From Candidatus Multivoradales bacterium (GTDB taxonomy: Bacteria; Acidobacteriota; Thermoanaerobaculia; Multivoradales; Multivoraceae): a stretch of DNA of 64,000 nucleotides. Position numbers and translations under genes: made by a program. Of the stretch, positions 18,876-29,468 are shown piece by piece (the first letter of the stretch is position 1; each line of letters begins with the position of its first letter). Location of the stretch: NCBI GenBank assembly GCA_965223325.1, contig CBDCWI010000001.1, positions 352,001 through 416,000 on the forward strand. The letters are read 5' to 3'. A model generated the notes under the pieces. It had not been told where the DNA came from and ran no database searches. It was given only the letters and a program-made list of their open reading frames with translations.

Positions 18876-20498
18876 TTGCCAACCTCACCGTCCCAACCAA
18901 CCCAGGCCCGGCCAACCCAGCCCCGCCCGGCACGCCCTCGACCCGGAAGGCCCGGTGCCCATCGCCGCAACTTGATCATCGCCGCGGTGGTTTCCTTCTG
19001 GATGTTGACCACTGGCCTCCTGGTCTTTCGTGAGCGTAGCCAGTCGACCCGCTTCCTGCCCACTTCGCGCGCCGTTCTGCTCGAGTCGACCGAGAGTTGG
19101 CTCGGCCTGTTCGCCGATGACCAGCCGGTCGGCTACGTGCACATGCAACAGATACCGGAAGTGCGCCACGGCGTAGACGGCCGCACGCTGATTCTCAACG
19201 TCGACCTACAGCTCGACCTCTTCGGCCGCGACGCTGCCCTGCAGCTGAACGGCGACGCCTGGAACGCCCTCCTACCCGCCGAAGTGAGGGCGCGGTCAAA
19301 CCGCGGCGCGCCAGAAGATCGCATCCCGACCGCCGAGCTGGGCTTCTCGGTACGTTCTGGACCCTACGACTTTTCCTTCGACGGCGAAGTCGACGACGGG
19401 CTGCTCACAGCCGAGATCCGCAACGCCGGCGAGGTGCTGCCGCTCGAAGTGCCGATCAGCGACGATGTGCTGGTCTCGGCCGGCCTCGGTGGCGCGACAT
19501 CGCTGCCGGTCCTCAACGTCGGTGAACAGGTCACCATTCAGAGCTTCGATCCGGTGACGTTGCGCGCTTCTGACACCGAGGTCCGGTGCGTCGCGCGCGA
19601 AGTCATCGAGGTCGACGGCGTGACCCATCGCAGCCGGGTCCTGGAAGTCGAGTCGCTGGGCTTGACGACCAAGGCGTGGATCGACGACTCCGGCCAGGTG
19701 CTCAAAGCCAGAACGCCGATTGGCCTCGAACTGCGCCGCATCTCAGCCGATCAGCTCGCACAGACCCGCTTCGGTGGCGATGCCGGTGCCCTGCTCGGGC
19801 TGAGCGCCATCCACCCCACCGGTGTGACCCCCAACCGAGGCGTCACGCACATGCAGTTCCGGGTTACCGCCGGTCCTTCTGACCTGCCGATTTCGCCCCT
19901 CCAGTTCGAGACCGGCGGCCTGTGGACACGCACGACCAACTCCGAGCCTTCCTCCCCCGAGCGCGGGGCTCCCCACCCAGCCCAGCCAGCTGGCCAGGAA
20001 ACTCCCGAGCTCTGGCTGGCCGCCGACGCCTTTGTCCAGTCCGACCATCCGCGCATGCAGGAGCAATCGCGCGCGATCGTTGACGGCCTCAGTGACCCGA
20101 AGGCCCGTGCCCTGGCGATTCACGACTGGGTCTTCGAAGAGATCGCCAAGGAACCCGCCCTGGGAATCCCCTCGGCCCTCGAGATTCTCGAACACCGGCG
20201 CGGTGACTGCAACGAACACACGGTGCTCTACGCCGCCCTCGCACGAGCTGCCGGCCTGCCAACGCGCATCGCCATCGGCGTCGTGTGGAGCGAAGACCTC
20301 GGCGGCTTCTACTACCACGCCTGGCCCGAAGTCTGGTTCGAAGACCGGGGCGGCTGGTCATGGATCGACCCCACACTCGGTCAGCCGTCGGCTGACGCGA
20401 CCCACATCAAACTCCTGGACGGCGGCATCGAAACCTGGCCGCGACTTCTGCCCTGGCTAGGGCAGCTGGAACTCGACATCGAGGACGTCGCCCCATGA
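18876..20498 (+). CDS. Membrane-anchored transglutaminase-like (Cys-His-Asp) protein
   Basis: GDCNEH, YYHAWPEVW and WIDPT triad motifs; N-terminal TM; start uncertain (TTG 18876 after GGAG; frame open from 18693). Confidence 0.85.
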   Translation: MPTSPSQPTQARPTQPRPARPRPGRPGAHRRNLIIAAVVSFWMLTTGLLVFRERSQSTRFLPTSRAVLLESTESWLGLFADDQPVGYVHMQQIPEVRHGVDGRTLILNVDLQLDLFGRDAALQLNGDAWNALLPAEVRARSNRGAPEDRIPTAELGFSVRSGPYDFSFDGEVDDGLLTAEIRNAGEVLPLEVPISDDVLVSAGLGGATSLPVLNVGEQVTIQSFDPVTLRASDTEVRCVAREVIEVDGVTHRSRVLEVESLGLTTKAWIDDSGQVLKARTPIGLELRRISADQLAQTRFGGDAGALLGLSAIHPTGVTPNRGVTHMQFRVTAGPSDLPISPLQFETGGLWTRTTNSEPSSPERGAPHPAQPAGQETPELWLAADAFVQSDHPRMQEQSRAIVDGLSDPKARALAIHDWVFEEIAKEPALGIPSALEILEHRRGDCNEHTVLYAALARAAGLPTRIAIGVVWSEDLGGFYYHAWPEVWFEDRGGWSWIDPTLGQPSADATHIKLLDGGIETWPRLLPWLGQLELDIEDVAP

Positions 20499-21268
20499 CC
20501 ACCAAACTCCCCCACGCCACCACCCCGATGATTCGCACCCGCGGTCTTCACAAACGCTACGGCGACAAAGACGCCGTCTGCGACCTCGACCTCGACATTC
20601 CAGCGGGTGAGTTCTTCTGCTTCCTGGGCCCCAACGGCGCCGGTAAGACCACCACGATCAAGATGCTCAACGGTCTGGTGCGGCCCACCGACGGTCGCGC
20701 TGCCATCGGCGGGCACGACATTGCCGACGAGCCCGTACGCGCCAAGGAGCTGCTCGGATACATCCCCGACACGCCGTTCCTCTACGACAAGCTCACGGGG
20801 CGCGAGATCATGCGCTTCATCGCCGGTCTCTACCGCCTACCGAAGCGTGACTTCGAAGTCCGCTGCGATGAGCTTCTCGACACCTTCGAGATTCTTCACA
20901 AGGCCGACCAGCTGGTCGAGAGCTACAGCCACGGCATGCGCCAGAAACTCTCCTTCGCCTCTTGCTTCCTGCACGACCCCAGAGTCGTCATCGTCGACGA
21001 ACCGTGGGTCGGGCTCGACCCCAAGAACATCCGTAAGGTCAAACAGTTTCTGCGCGAGCGCACGCGCACCCACGGCCTCACAGTCTTCATGTCGACCCAT
21101 ACCCTGTCGATTGCCGAAGAGCTCGCCGACCGTATCGGGATCATCAACCACGGCCGCCTCCTGCGCATCGGCACGGTCGCTGAAGTCAAGGCCTTAGCCA
21201 ACAACCCCGGCACCCTCGAAGACGTCTTTCTCGAGCTCACCCAGGGCGACGACGAGGCCGCCGCTTGA
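20495..21268 (+). CDS. ABC transporter ATP-binding protein
   Basis: GPNGAGKTT, YSHGMRQK, VIVDEP, STH; ATGA overlap with upstream gene. Confidence 0.95.
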   Translation: MTTKLPHATTPMIRTRGLHKRYGDKDAVCDLDLDIPAGEFFCFLGPNGAGKTTTIKMLNGLVRPTDGRAAIGGHDIADEPVRAKELLGYIPDTPFLYDKLTGREIMRFIAGLYRLPKRDFEVRCDELLDTFEILHKADQLVESYSHGMRQKLSFASCFLHDPRVVIVDEPWVGLDPKNIRKVKQFLRERTRTHGLTVFMSTHTLSIAEELADRIGIINHGRLLRIGTVAEVKALANNPGTLEDVFLELTQGDDEAAA

Positions 21269-23043
21269 ACGCCCCGGCACCCGCCGAGGTGCAATCTGAA
21301 GGGCATCACTCCCAGGGGAACGGTGAGCAGTTCTTCCTGCAACTACCGTCGATCTTCCAGGCACGCGGACGAATCGCCCGCCATCTGATTGCCTCGGTGC
21401 GCCGCGAGTCGAAGCTCAAGGTCGGCTTCGTGAGCCTCTCGGCCGTCGTCCTCTGGGGCGGCGCCTTCTTGATCTCGTTTGGGATCCTCAGCCTCCTCTC
21501 CCGTCAGGGCAGCCTCGTCCTCGGCACCGAGGCGGGAATCGACCTCACCGATCTGATCTTCGAACGCATGCTTTCGGTGCTCGCGATGACCGTCTTCTCC
21601 CTGCTGGTGGTATCGAACATCCTGGTCTCGTTCGCGACGCTCTATCGGTCGCGCGAGACCCCCTGGCTGCTGCAGGCACCCTTGTCGACGGGCAAGTTCT
21701 TCTTCGCCCGGTTTCAGGAGTGCGTCAGCTTCTCGTCCTGGGCGCTGGCCTTTCTGGGTTCACCGATTCTCTTGGCGTATGGCGTGGTTCGCGAGGCTGC
21801 GCCGACGTTCTATCTCGCTGCCGTCTTGCTGTTCGTTCCCTTCGTGGCCATTCCTGCCGCTATTGGATCGCTCTTTACGATGACCCTGGTGCGCCTGCTC
21901 GCCGGCATGCGCAAACGAAGCCTGTTCGTCGTGGCGGTCGTCGCTTTCGTCACCGCGCTGGCGGTCCTGCGTGGGCTGATGCGGCAATCCGACACCGGTA
22001 CGGCCCTGCAAGGCGCCGACACGGTGCAGGCGGTGCTCGCTCTCATGGGGCGCACGCAGGCTCCTTGGCTCCCCAGTCACTGGCTTGCAGAAGGACTCCT
22101 CGGTGCCGCAGCCGGTGAGTTCTCGGTCTTCTTGTTCAACGCCATGCTGCTGGTGTCCAACGCCCTGATGGCCATCCTGGTCGCGACTCTGGTCGCCGAG
22201 CGGATCTTCTTCTACGGTTGGACCAACCTGGTTTCCGCCGACGAGGGCCGCGACGCGGTGAGAAAGCGCGGTCCGCTGAGCTTGATCGAACCTCTGCTCA
22301 GACCGATTCCCGAGCCCTGGCGGTCTCTGACGGTCAAGGACCTGCGCCTCTTCTGGCGCGACCCCGCACAGTGGTCCCAGTTCCTGATCTTCTTCGGCCT
22401 GTTGGCGATCTATCTGGCCAACATTCGCGCCGAGGGCGCCTGGCGCGAAGAACCCTTCCGCAGCTGGATCGCCCTCCTCAATATCGCCGTCACCATGCTG
22501 GTGCTGGCGACCCTGACCACCCGATTCGTCTTCCCGCTCATCAGTCTTGAGGGACGCCGCTTCTGGATCCTCGGTCTGGCACCGCTCACGAGGCGCACCC
22601 TCCTGTGGCAGAAGTTCTGGCTCAGTGCGGTCTCTACCGCGATGTTTACCGTGCCCGTCGCCATGCTCTCGGCACATCGTCTCGACCTCGATCGTTTCGC
22701 GCTCCTCTTGACCCTGGTGAGCGTGGCGGCCACCACCATCGCACTGTCTGGACTCGCGGTTGGGCTGGGCGGGCTCTATCCCAACTTCGAGGAAGACAAC
22801 CCGTCGCGCATTACCTCAGGAATGGGCGGCACCTTGAACTTCATTCTCAGTATGGTCTTCGTCACCTGCGTCACGATTGTCCAGGGAGTGCTGCTGCAGT
22901 GGCGACGCAGCGGCGACCTTTCCGCCATCTCGAGTGCTCAAGCGACCGCAACCGGCATTGCAGTCATTACCCTCCTGACGCTCGCCACATGGTGGATTCC
23001 CATGCTGCTCGGCGCCCGAAACCTGGCGCGCATCGAGGTCTAG
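21265..23043 (+). CDS. Putative ABC exporter permease (about 14 TM)
   Basis: Polytopic; KDLRLFWRDPAQWSQ, RFVFPLISLEG; overlaps the ATPase stop. Confidence 0.8.
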   Translation: MNAPAPAEVQSEGHHSQGNGEQFFLQLPSIFQARGRIARHLIASVRRESKLKVGFVSLSAVVLWGGAFLISFGILSLLSRQGSLVLGTEAGIDLTDLIFERMLSVLAMTVFSLLVVSNILVSFATLYRSRETPWLLQAPLSTGKFFFARFQECVSFSSWALAFLGSPILLAYGVVREAAPTFYLAAVLLFVPFVAIPAAIGSLFTMTLVRLLAGMRKRSLFVVAVVAFVTALAVLRGLMRQSDTGTALQGADTVQAVLALMGRTQAPWLPSHWLAEGLLGAAAGEFSVFLFNAMLLVSNALMAILVATLVAERIFFYGWTNLVSADEGRDAVRKRGPLSLIEPLLRPIPEPWRSLTVKDLRLFWRDPAQWSQFLIFFGLLAIYLANIRAEGAWREEPFRSWIALLNIAVTMLVLATLTTRFVFPLISLEGRRFWILGLAPLTRRTLLWQKFWLSAVSTAMFTVPVAMLSAHRLDLDRFALLLTLVSVAATTIALSGLAVGLGGLYPNFEEDNPSRITSGMGGTLNFILSMVFVTCVTIVQGVLLQWRRSGDLSAISSAQATATGIAVITLLTLATWWIPMLLGARNLARIEV

Positions 23044-23171
23044 CGGGGCGGCTCGAGAACGCCGAATCCACCGCACATACGGCACTTCAGCGACTGGCGG
23101 CAAGAAATCAGGACGCGCAACGGGCAATCCGCTATGCTGCGCGCAGACTTTCTACTCTTGATGCTTGTCCT

Positions 23172-24770
23172 ATGACTACCGCCGCAATCTCTGCCGGTGC
23201 ACGAGTGCTCCTCGTTCATCAAAGCAGAACATCGCCCGACCGCCAGAGCGAGCTCTCTCGGCTCGAAGAACTGATCCGAGATGCCGATACCTCGCTGGCG
23301 ATAGACCGCGCCGCCACGCTCGACGCGGCGCTTACGCGACTCAAGGATCACCGCCCCGACCTCGTGCTGCTGCATGCCGGTCCACCGGGCTCCGCGGGCT
23401 TCGACTCGCTGACCCGCCTGCAAGACGAAGACCCGGCCCTACCGATTCTGGTGCTCTCACCCCACCCGGACACCTCGCGCGCCGAGGAGAGTGTGCGACG
23501 GGGTGCGCAGGACTACCTGGTTACCGACGAGATCAACAGCGGGGCACTCGCCCGCGCCGTCCGCAACTCGATCGAACGTGGCCGGGCGGCCGAGGAGCGC
23601 TTTCGGAGTTCGGTGGCCGACCAGAACCGTCGCCGGCTCGAAGATCTCGGCCGACTCGCCGGTGGAATCGCGCACGATTTCAACAACATGCTGGCCGTCA
23701 TGCTGGGCTTCGCCGAAATGGCGAGTGCAGACCTCGAAGAAGACGATCCGCGTGCCGACGCAATCCTCGAGATTCAGCGCACCGGGGAGAAGGCCCAGTC
23801 GCTGGTTCGCCGACTGCTCGCCTATAGCCGTCGCCAGGACCTGGAGTCCCGCCTCGTCGACGCCGACCAGGTGGTCACCGACACGTTGACCCCGCGGCTC
23901 GAACGCGAGAACCGCGGCATGGAGCTCGTCATTCAACGTGCCTCCGCTCCGCTACCGATCCGCGCTCATCCCGTTCAACTCGAAGACATCATCAACAACC
24001 TGGTCGACAACGCCGAAGAGGCGCTCCAGGTCAGCGGCCGAGTCGTCGTGCAGATGGATCCAGTCGAGATCGACGAAACCAACGACCGTCACCTCATTCC
24101 GCACGGGGAGTACGCACGCATCGCCGTCATCGACGACGGCATCGGCATCGAGTCGTCCCAGCTGCAACATATCTTCGAGCCCTTCTACACCCGCAAGAAG
24201 TCGGGCGGCCTGGGGCTCGGCCTGGCAACCGTCTACCAGACCGCCAAAGAGGCCGGCGGCTTCACCTTCGTCAGCAGCCGGGTTGGTGAGGGGTCGACCT
24301 TCGAAGTGTTGCTTCCCCTGGCCAGCGGTCCTGCCGCCGAAGCCTGGCGTCGCGAAGACACCGCCGAACTCCCACGCGGAAACGAGACGGTCCTACTGGT
24401 CGGTAGCAACGAGGAGAGACGCAAGCAGCTGCAGGAAATGCTCGAACTCCTCGGATACGGCATCGTCGTTGCCAACGACGTCGACAGCGCCGTGTCGGTC
24501 TACCGCCACGAGCACCGCGTGATCGACATGGTGGTCTCAGACGCCGACCTCGAGGACGGTTCTGGCACCGACCTCGTCGATGCCCTGCACGAGCACGACC
24601 GTCGACTGCGGATCGCTCTCATCGGTGAGTCGGAAAAGGCGATCACCGACATGCCCCTGGTCTGTGCGGTGGAACGGCCGGTCACGCTCTCCGGGCTCGC
24701 AAACCGGGTTCGAGGCCTGATCGACCTGCGGCGCCGCGGCCGCCCGCCGAAGCCTCGCGGCCTGCTGTAG
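23172..24770 (+). CDS. Cytoplasmic hybrid histidine kinase (pseudo-REC / HisKA / HATPase / REC)
   Basis: LAGGIAHDFNNML H-box, NLVDNA, DDGIGI, FEPFYT, GLGLA; degenerate receiver domains. Confidence 0.88.
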   Translation: MTTAAISAGARVLLVHQSRTSPDRQSELSRLEELIRDADTSLAIDRAATLDAALTRLKDHRPDLVLLHAGPPGSAGFDSLTRLQDEDPALPILVLSPHPDTSRAEESVRRGAQDYLVTDEINSGALARAVRNSIERGRAAEERFRSSVADQNRRRLEDLGRLAGGIAHDFNNMLAVMLGFAEMASADLEEDDPRADAILEIQRTGEKAQSLVRRLLAYSRRQDLESRLVDADQVVTDTLTPRLERENRGMELVIQRASAPLPIRAHPVQLEDIINNLVDNAEEALQVSGRVVVQMDPVEIDETNDRHLIPHGEYARIAVIDDGIGIESSQLQHIFEPFYTRKKSGGLGLGLATVYQTAKEAGGFTFVSSRVGEGSTFEVLLPLASGPAAEAWRREDTAELPRGNETVLLVGSNEERRKQLQEMLELLGYGIVVANDVDSAVSVYRHEHRVIDMVVSDADLEDGSGTDLVDALHEHDRRLRIALIGESEKAITDMPLVCAVERPVTLSGLANRVRGLIDLRRRGRPPKPRGLL

Positions 24771-24795
24771 GCGTAGCAGGCCCCGTGGTTTTTCG
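24753..24795 (+). terminator. Probable intrinsic terminator after kinase
   Basis: CCTCGCGGCCTGCT / AGCAGGCCCCGTGG stem (12/14) followed by a T-rich tract. Confidence 0.5.
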
Positions 24796-25217
24796 GCTTT
24801 TGTAAAGCGCATCTTCTTGGGGAGAGTGGTGGGCGTGAGTCGCGACCTTCTGGTCCCGAGAGGTCGTGTACCACGGGCCCTGCTACCGTCACTTTTGCAG
24901 CGAAAGCGGTCCGCTGGGCGGGCCGTCGTCGTCAGTGGTCGCCCTGCCGATGCGTCCGCGGACTTCGAGTGACCGTCGCGCGCCGCGGATTCCTGGCTTC
25001 GTCGGAACGATTGGTTCGTGTTCAGGATTGCCGCGCTGCCTTCGCTGCGCACCTGACGAAGCGACTTCCGTCGGGGCAAGGTCATCGGGGCAAGATCGAT
25101 CAGACCTCGCGTGTAGGTGCGTCCGCGGACTCGGAGCGACTGTGGTGCCCCGAGGGTTCTGCCCCTTGCCGCGTCCCCGGTGTACGCTCTGTGGCCGAAC
25201 CACCCATGGAGTCTGCG

Positions 25218-26546
25218 ATGCGTTCGTTCGACCGCCACCTCTCTGCTCTTCTCACCTCGATGCTCCTGTGCCTGGGAACCTGGGTCATGAGCCCCTCCCA
25301 GCTCCTGGCCAGTGAGCGCACGCTCATCCAGACCGGTGAGACCATCGATGGGCTTGCTGCTCTACCGCTCGGTCCTCGCTGCCTGGTGATCGAAAACGGT
25401 CGCATTGCGGCAATCGAGAAGGCTCGTTGCCGGCCTGACGAGACGGACACATTCATCGACCTCGGCGATCAGACCGTGCTGCCTGGTTTCATGGATATGC
25501 ACGTGCACTTGCTCGGTGAAAGCAGCCCGTCTAGCTACCTGCGGCGCTATCAGGACGATCCGGCCGATGCGGTGCTCGATGGTGTGGTCTATGCCCGGCG
25601 CACACTCGAAGCCGGCTTTACGACTGTGCGCGATCTGGGCGGGGAGACCAGCGCGATCACCGCTCTGCGCGATGCCATCAACCGCGGAAAGGTGATCGGG
25701 CCGACGATCTACGCCGCCACTGCGAGTCTTGCCTCGACCGGCGGTCACGGCGACCCGTCGAACGGCCTCAACCGCGCTCTGTCCTGGCATCCGACTCCGG
25801 CCGACGGCGTCGTCAACAGCACCGCTGACGCACGGCAGGCAGTTCGTCAGCGCTACAAGGAGGGGGCCGATCTCATCAAGATCACGGCCACCGGTGGAGT
25901 CCTCAGCCTGGCCAAGAGCGGCCAGAACCCACAGTTCACCGAAGACGAGGTTCGCGCCATCGTCGAAGCCGCCCAGGACTACGGCTTTCATGTCGCGGCT
26001 CACGCTCACGGCACCGAGGGCATCAAGCGGGCAGTGCGCGCCGGCGTGCGCTCGATCGAGCACGGCACGTACCTCGATCAGGAGGCAATGGAGTTGATGA
26101 AGGAGCGCGGCACCTTCTACGTCCCCACCATCTCAGCGGGGCGATTCGTTGCCGAGAAGGCGAAGATCGACGGCTACTACCCGGAGATCATTCGCCCCAA
26201 GGCCGCCCAGATCGGGCCGGTGATCCAGGAGACCTTCTCGGCTGCATGGGACGCCGGCGTACGCATCGCCTTCGGCACCGACTGTGGTGTTTGCGTGCAC
26301 GGTGACAACGCCCATGAGTTCGTCTACATGGTCGAAGCCGGCATGCCACCGATGAAGGCCATCCTGTCAGCGACCTCCGAAACTGCTGAGCTGCTCGAGA
26401 TCGCCGACGATGTCGGGACCCTGAGCGTCGGCAAGCGCGCCGATATCGTTGCCGTTGAGGACGACCCTCTAACAGACATCAAGGCACTGCTCGAAGTCGG
26501 CTTTGTGATGAAGGGCGGGGTCGTCTACAAGAACACCTTTGGCTGA
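25218..26546 (+). CDS. Secreted metal-dependent amidohydrolase (Xaa-Pro dipeptidase/carboxypeptidase-like)
   Basis: [41 protein letters not shown]; signal peptide. Confidence 0.9.
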   Translation: MRSFDRHLSALLTSMLLCLGTWVMSPSQLLASERTLIQTGETIDGLAALPLGPRCLVIENGRIAAIEKARCRPDETDTFIDLGDQTVLPGFMDMHVHLLGESSPSSYLRRYQDDPADAVLDGVVYARRTLEAGFTTVRDLGGETSAITALRDAINRGKVIGPTIYAATASLASTGGHGDPSNGLNRALSWHPTPADGVVNSTADARQAVRQRYKEGADLIKITATGGVLSLAKSGQNPQFTEDEVRAIVEAAQDYGFHVAAHAHGTEGIKRAVRAGVRSIEHGTYLDQEAMELMKERGTFYVPTISAGRFVAEKAKIDGYYPEIIRPKAAQIGPVIQETFSAAWDAGVRIAFGTDCGVCVHGDNAHEFVYMVEAGMPPMKAILSATSETAELLEIADDVGTLSVGKRADIVAVEDDPLTDIKALLEVGFVMKGGVVYKNTFG

Positions 26547-26570
26547 CCTCGGCAGGCATAACGCAGGCGC

Positions 26571-27533
26571 TCAGCCATGGAACGCGCAGTCGTCGCACTG
26601 CGACTCGCCGTCTTCGATCTGCAGGGTCACGTGGTCGAGCTCGAAACTCTCGCGTAGGAGCTGGACGAGGACTGGCAGGAGCGACTGACCGCGACCCTCT
26701 TCAGCCACCACGTGCGCCATCAATGCTTCGCGCCCCGAGCCAATCGTCCAAGCGTGAAGATCATGAATCGACAACACACCATCGACCGCCGCCAGTCGAT
26801 GCTCGATGTCGACCAGATCGAGGCGTGATGGCGCTGACTCGAGCAGCACCTCGACGGTATCGCGCAAGAGCGCCAACGACGAGAACAGAACTAGGCTGCC
26901 GATGATCGCCGACGCCAACGGGTCCGCCCAGTAGAGCTTCCAGCCGTAGATCAGAGCTGCCGATGCAATCGCTCCAACGCTCCCGAGAGTGTCGGCCAGC
27001 ATGTGCAGCCAGGCCCCTCGCACGTTGAGACTGTGTTGTTGGCCACCATGGAGAACTACGACCCCAATCAGGTTGACGACCAAGCCACCGATCGCAACCA
27101 ACAGCATCGGCCCGCCCAGAACCTCAGGGGGATTCTGGAAACGTTCCCAGGCCTCTTTGAAGATGAAAATCGCAATGACGATCAGGGTGACCGCGTTGAT
27201 CAACGCTCCCAGCACTTCGGCGCGATGAAGACCGAACGTCCGCAACGGAGTCGGCGGCTGGCGACCAATCCAGATCGCAATGAGTGCAATCGACAGTGCC
27301 GCGACGTCCGAGAACATGTGACTCGCATCTGCCAACAGCGCGAGCGAACCGGTGACCAAACCGCCAATGACCTCGGCGAAGGCGTAGGCGAGCACCAGAA
27401 CGAGAACGAAGGCTAGCTTGCGGGCGTTGCCAAGGCTTGTGTGTTCACCGAGACGAGCGTGGGAATGACCGTGATGATGGCCGTGATGGCCGTGATGGTG
27501 GTGACCGTGGTCCGGTGCTTGGGAAACGTGCAT
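26571..27533 (-). CDS. czcD: Cation diffusion facilitator (CzcD/ZitB-like) Zn/Co/Cd exporter
   Basis: His-rich N-terminus, SLALLADASHMFSD, AWLHMLADTLGS, HDLHAW, HVTLQIE. Confidence 0.88.
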   Translation of the reverse strand: MHVSQAPDHGHHHHGHHGHHHGHSHARLGEHTSLGNARKLAFVLVLVLAYAFAEVIGGLVTGSLALLADASHMFSDVAALSIALIAIWIGRQPPTPLRTFGLHRAEVLGALINAVTLIVIAIFIFKEAWERFQNPPEVLGGPMLLVAIGGLVVNLIGVVVLHGGQQHSLNVRGAWLHMLADTLGSVGAIASAALIYGWKLYWADPLASAIIGSLVLFSSLALLRDTVEVLLESAPSRLDLVDIEHRLAAVDGVLSIHDLHAWTIGSGREALMAHVVAEEGRGQSLLPVLVQLLRESFELDHVTLQIEDGESQCDDCAFHG

Positions 27534-27651
27534 TCTCAGCCAATCATCTGCTGCCGCCCCGGGGGCCGGGAGGGGGCGAAAGGGCGCAAAAGGTCTCCGA
27601 TGGTATCGCGGTAAGGTGCTCTGCATCCCGTTCCCCTCAAGGAGACTCGAC

Positions 27652-29433
27652 ATGCTGCGACCCGTCGCACTCGGAACCCGACCCCGGTTCGCCCTCATGG
27701 GTTCGTTCCTGATCCTCGGCCTCGCTCTGGCAACGGCCGGCTGCCAGCCTTCCACGGCTGGCCCAGCCGCGGACCACGCCGGCTTCGATGTTCGCATCGC
27801 GCCCGAGCTCACAACCGAGCCACTCACCGGCCGGCTCATCCTGATGTTCGCCGCGCCCGACTCGGAGTCCGAACCGCGCAACCAGGTCGGCCCGAGACTG
27901 GGGGCGATTCCTGTCTTCGGAGTCGACGTTCGCAATCACGATTCCGCCGAGCCCATCCACGTGAGCGGTGACACCTTCGGCTTCCCAATCGAGAGCCTCG
28001 CCGAACTTCCCGATGGCGAGTACCGAGTGCAGGCGCTCTTCCATCACTACGAGACGTTCAACCTCGCCAACGGCAAGACCGTCGAGCTCCCGATGGATCG
28101 CGGCGAAGGCCAGCAGTGGCGCACCGCCCCGGGCAACTTCTTTAACGATCCCGTCACCATGACCATAGACGCTTCGGTCGGGGCAGCGCCCGAGATCGAG
28201 CTCGATCGGGTCAACCCACCCATCGACCCGCCGGCCGACACCGCCTTCATCAAGCACGTCAAGATGAAGAGCGACCTGTTGTCTGAGTTCTGGGGCCGCG
28301 ACATGTATCTCGGCGCCAACGTACTTTTGCCGTGGGGCTTCCTAGACCACCCCGAAGCGCGCTATCCCTTAGCCATCTTCCATGGTCACTTCCCCTACAC
28401 CTTCGGTGGCTTCCGCACCGAGCCGCCCGACCCGGACCTCGAACCGGACTGGAGCGATCGCTTTCACGTCGCGGGCTACAACATCATCCAGCAGCAAGAG
28501 GCGTACGACTTCTACCGCTACTGGACCGCACCCGACACCCCACGCATGTTGATCATCGAGGTGCAACACGCCAACCCGTACTACGACGATTCCTATGCGG
28601 TGAATTCGGCCAACCTCGGCCCCTACGGCGACGCCATCACCTATGAGCTGGTTCCCTTCATCGAAGAGAAGTTCCGTGGTCTCGGCGAAGGCTGGGCGCG
28701 CTTTACCTGGGGCGGCTCGACTGGCGGTTGGGAGGCGCTCGCGGTACAGGTCAAGTACCCCGACGAGTACAACGGCTGCTTCGCCGCCTGCCCGGACCCG
28801 ATCGACTTCCGCGCCTATATGACCGTCGACATCTACGAAGATGAGAACGCCTACTTCTACGACTCGAAGTTCAAGCGCCAGGAGCGACCAGGGTGGCGCA
28901 ACACCTGGGGCGACGTCGAGGCCAGCGTGCGCGACTTCAACATGGTCGAACTGGCCCTGGGGTCCAACGGTCGGAGCGGCGATCAAATGGACGTGTGGCA
29001 AGCGGTCTACTCGCCCATGGGCGACGACGGTTACCCCAAGCCAATCTGGAACAAGATGACCGGCGAGATCGACAAAGAGGTCGCCCTGTACTGGCGCGAG
29101 AACTATGACCTGCGCTACATCATGGAGCGCGACTGGGCGACCCTGGGCCCAAAGCTCGAGGGCAAGATCCACATCTATTGCGGCGACATGGACAACTACT
29201 ACCTGAACAACGCCGTCGTTCTCACCGAAGAGTTCCTCGAGTCCACGACTGATCCCTACTACGACGGCGAAGTCGACTACGGCGACCGTGCCGAGCATTG
29301 CTGGAACGGCGACCAGGAGAATCCGAACCACATCTCGAGGCTGCGCTACAACAGCATGTACATGCCCAAGGTCATGCAGCGGATCAAGGAATCCGCGCCG
29401 CCGGGAGCAGACACGACGAGCTGGCGCTACTGA
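27652..29433 (+). CDS. Lipoprotein alpha/beta hydrolase (putative esterase)
   Basis: Lipobox-like LATAGC, nucleophile GGSTGG, AAGGAG RBS. Confidence 0.8.
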   Translation: MLRPVALGTRPRFALMGSFLILGLALATAGCQPSTAGPAADHAGFDVRIAPELTTEPLTGRLILMFAAPDSESEPRNQVGPRLGAIPVFGVDVRNHDSAEPIHVSGDTFGFPIESLAELPDGEYRVQALFHHYETFNLANGKTVELPMDRGEGQQWRTAPGNFFNDPVTMTIDASVGAAPEIELDRVNPPIDPPADTAFIKHVKMKSDLLSEFWGRDMYLGANVLLPWGFLDHPEARYPLAIFHGHFPYTFGGFRTEPPDPDLEPDWSDRFHVAGYNIIQQQEAYDFYRYWTAPDTPRMLIIEVQHANPYYDDSYAVNSANLGPYGDAITYELVPFIEEKFRGLGEGWARFTWGGSTGGWEALAVQVKYPDEYNGCFAACPDPIDFRAYMTVDIYEDENAYFYDSKFKRQERPGWRNTWGDVEASVRDFNMVELALGSNGRSGDQMDVWQAVYSPMGDDGYPKPIWNKMTGEIDKEVALYWRENYDLRYIMERDWATLGPKLEGKIHIYCGDMDNYYLNNAVVLTEEFLESTTDPYYDGEVDYGDRAEHCWNGDQENPNHISRLRYNSMYMPKVMQRIKESAPPGADTTSWRY

Positions 29434-29468
29434 CGAGCGCCTCTCACGGGCCCGGGTAACCGTGAGCC

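Noticed and set aside
27455-27512. CCGTGATG-type tandem DNA repeat
   Set aside because: Explained by the His/Gly-rich N-terminus of the CDF transporter.
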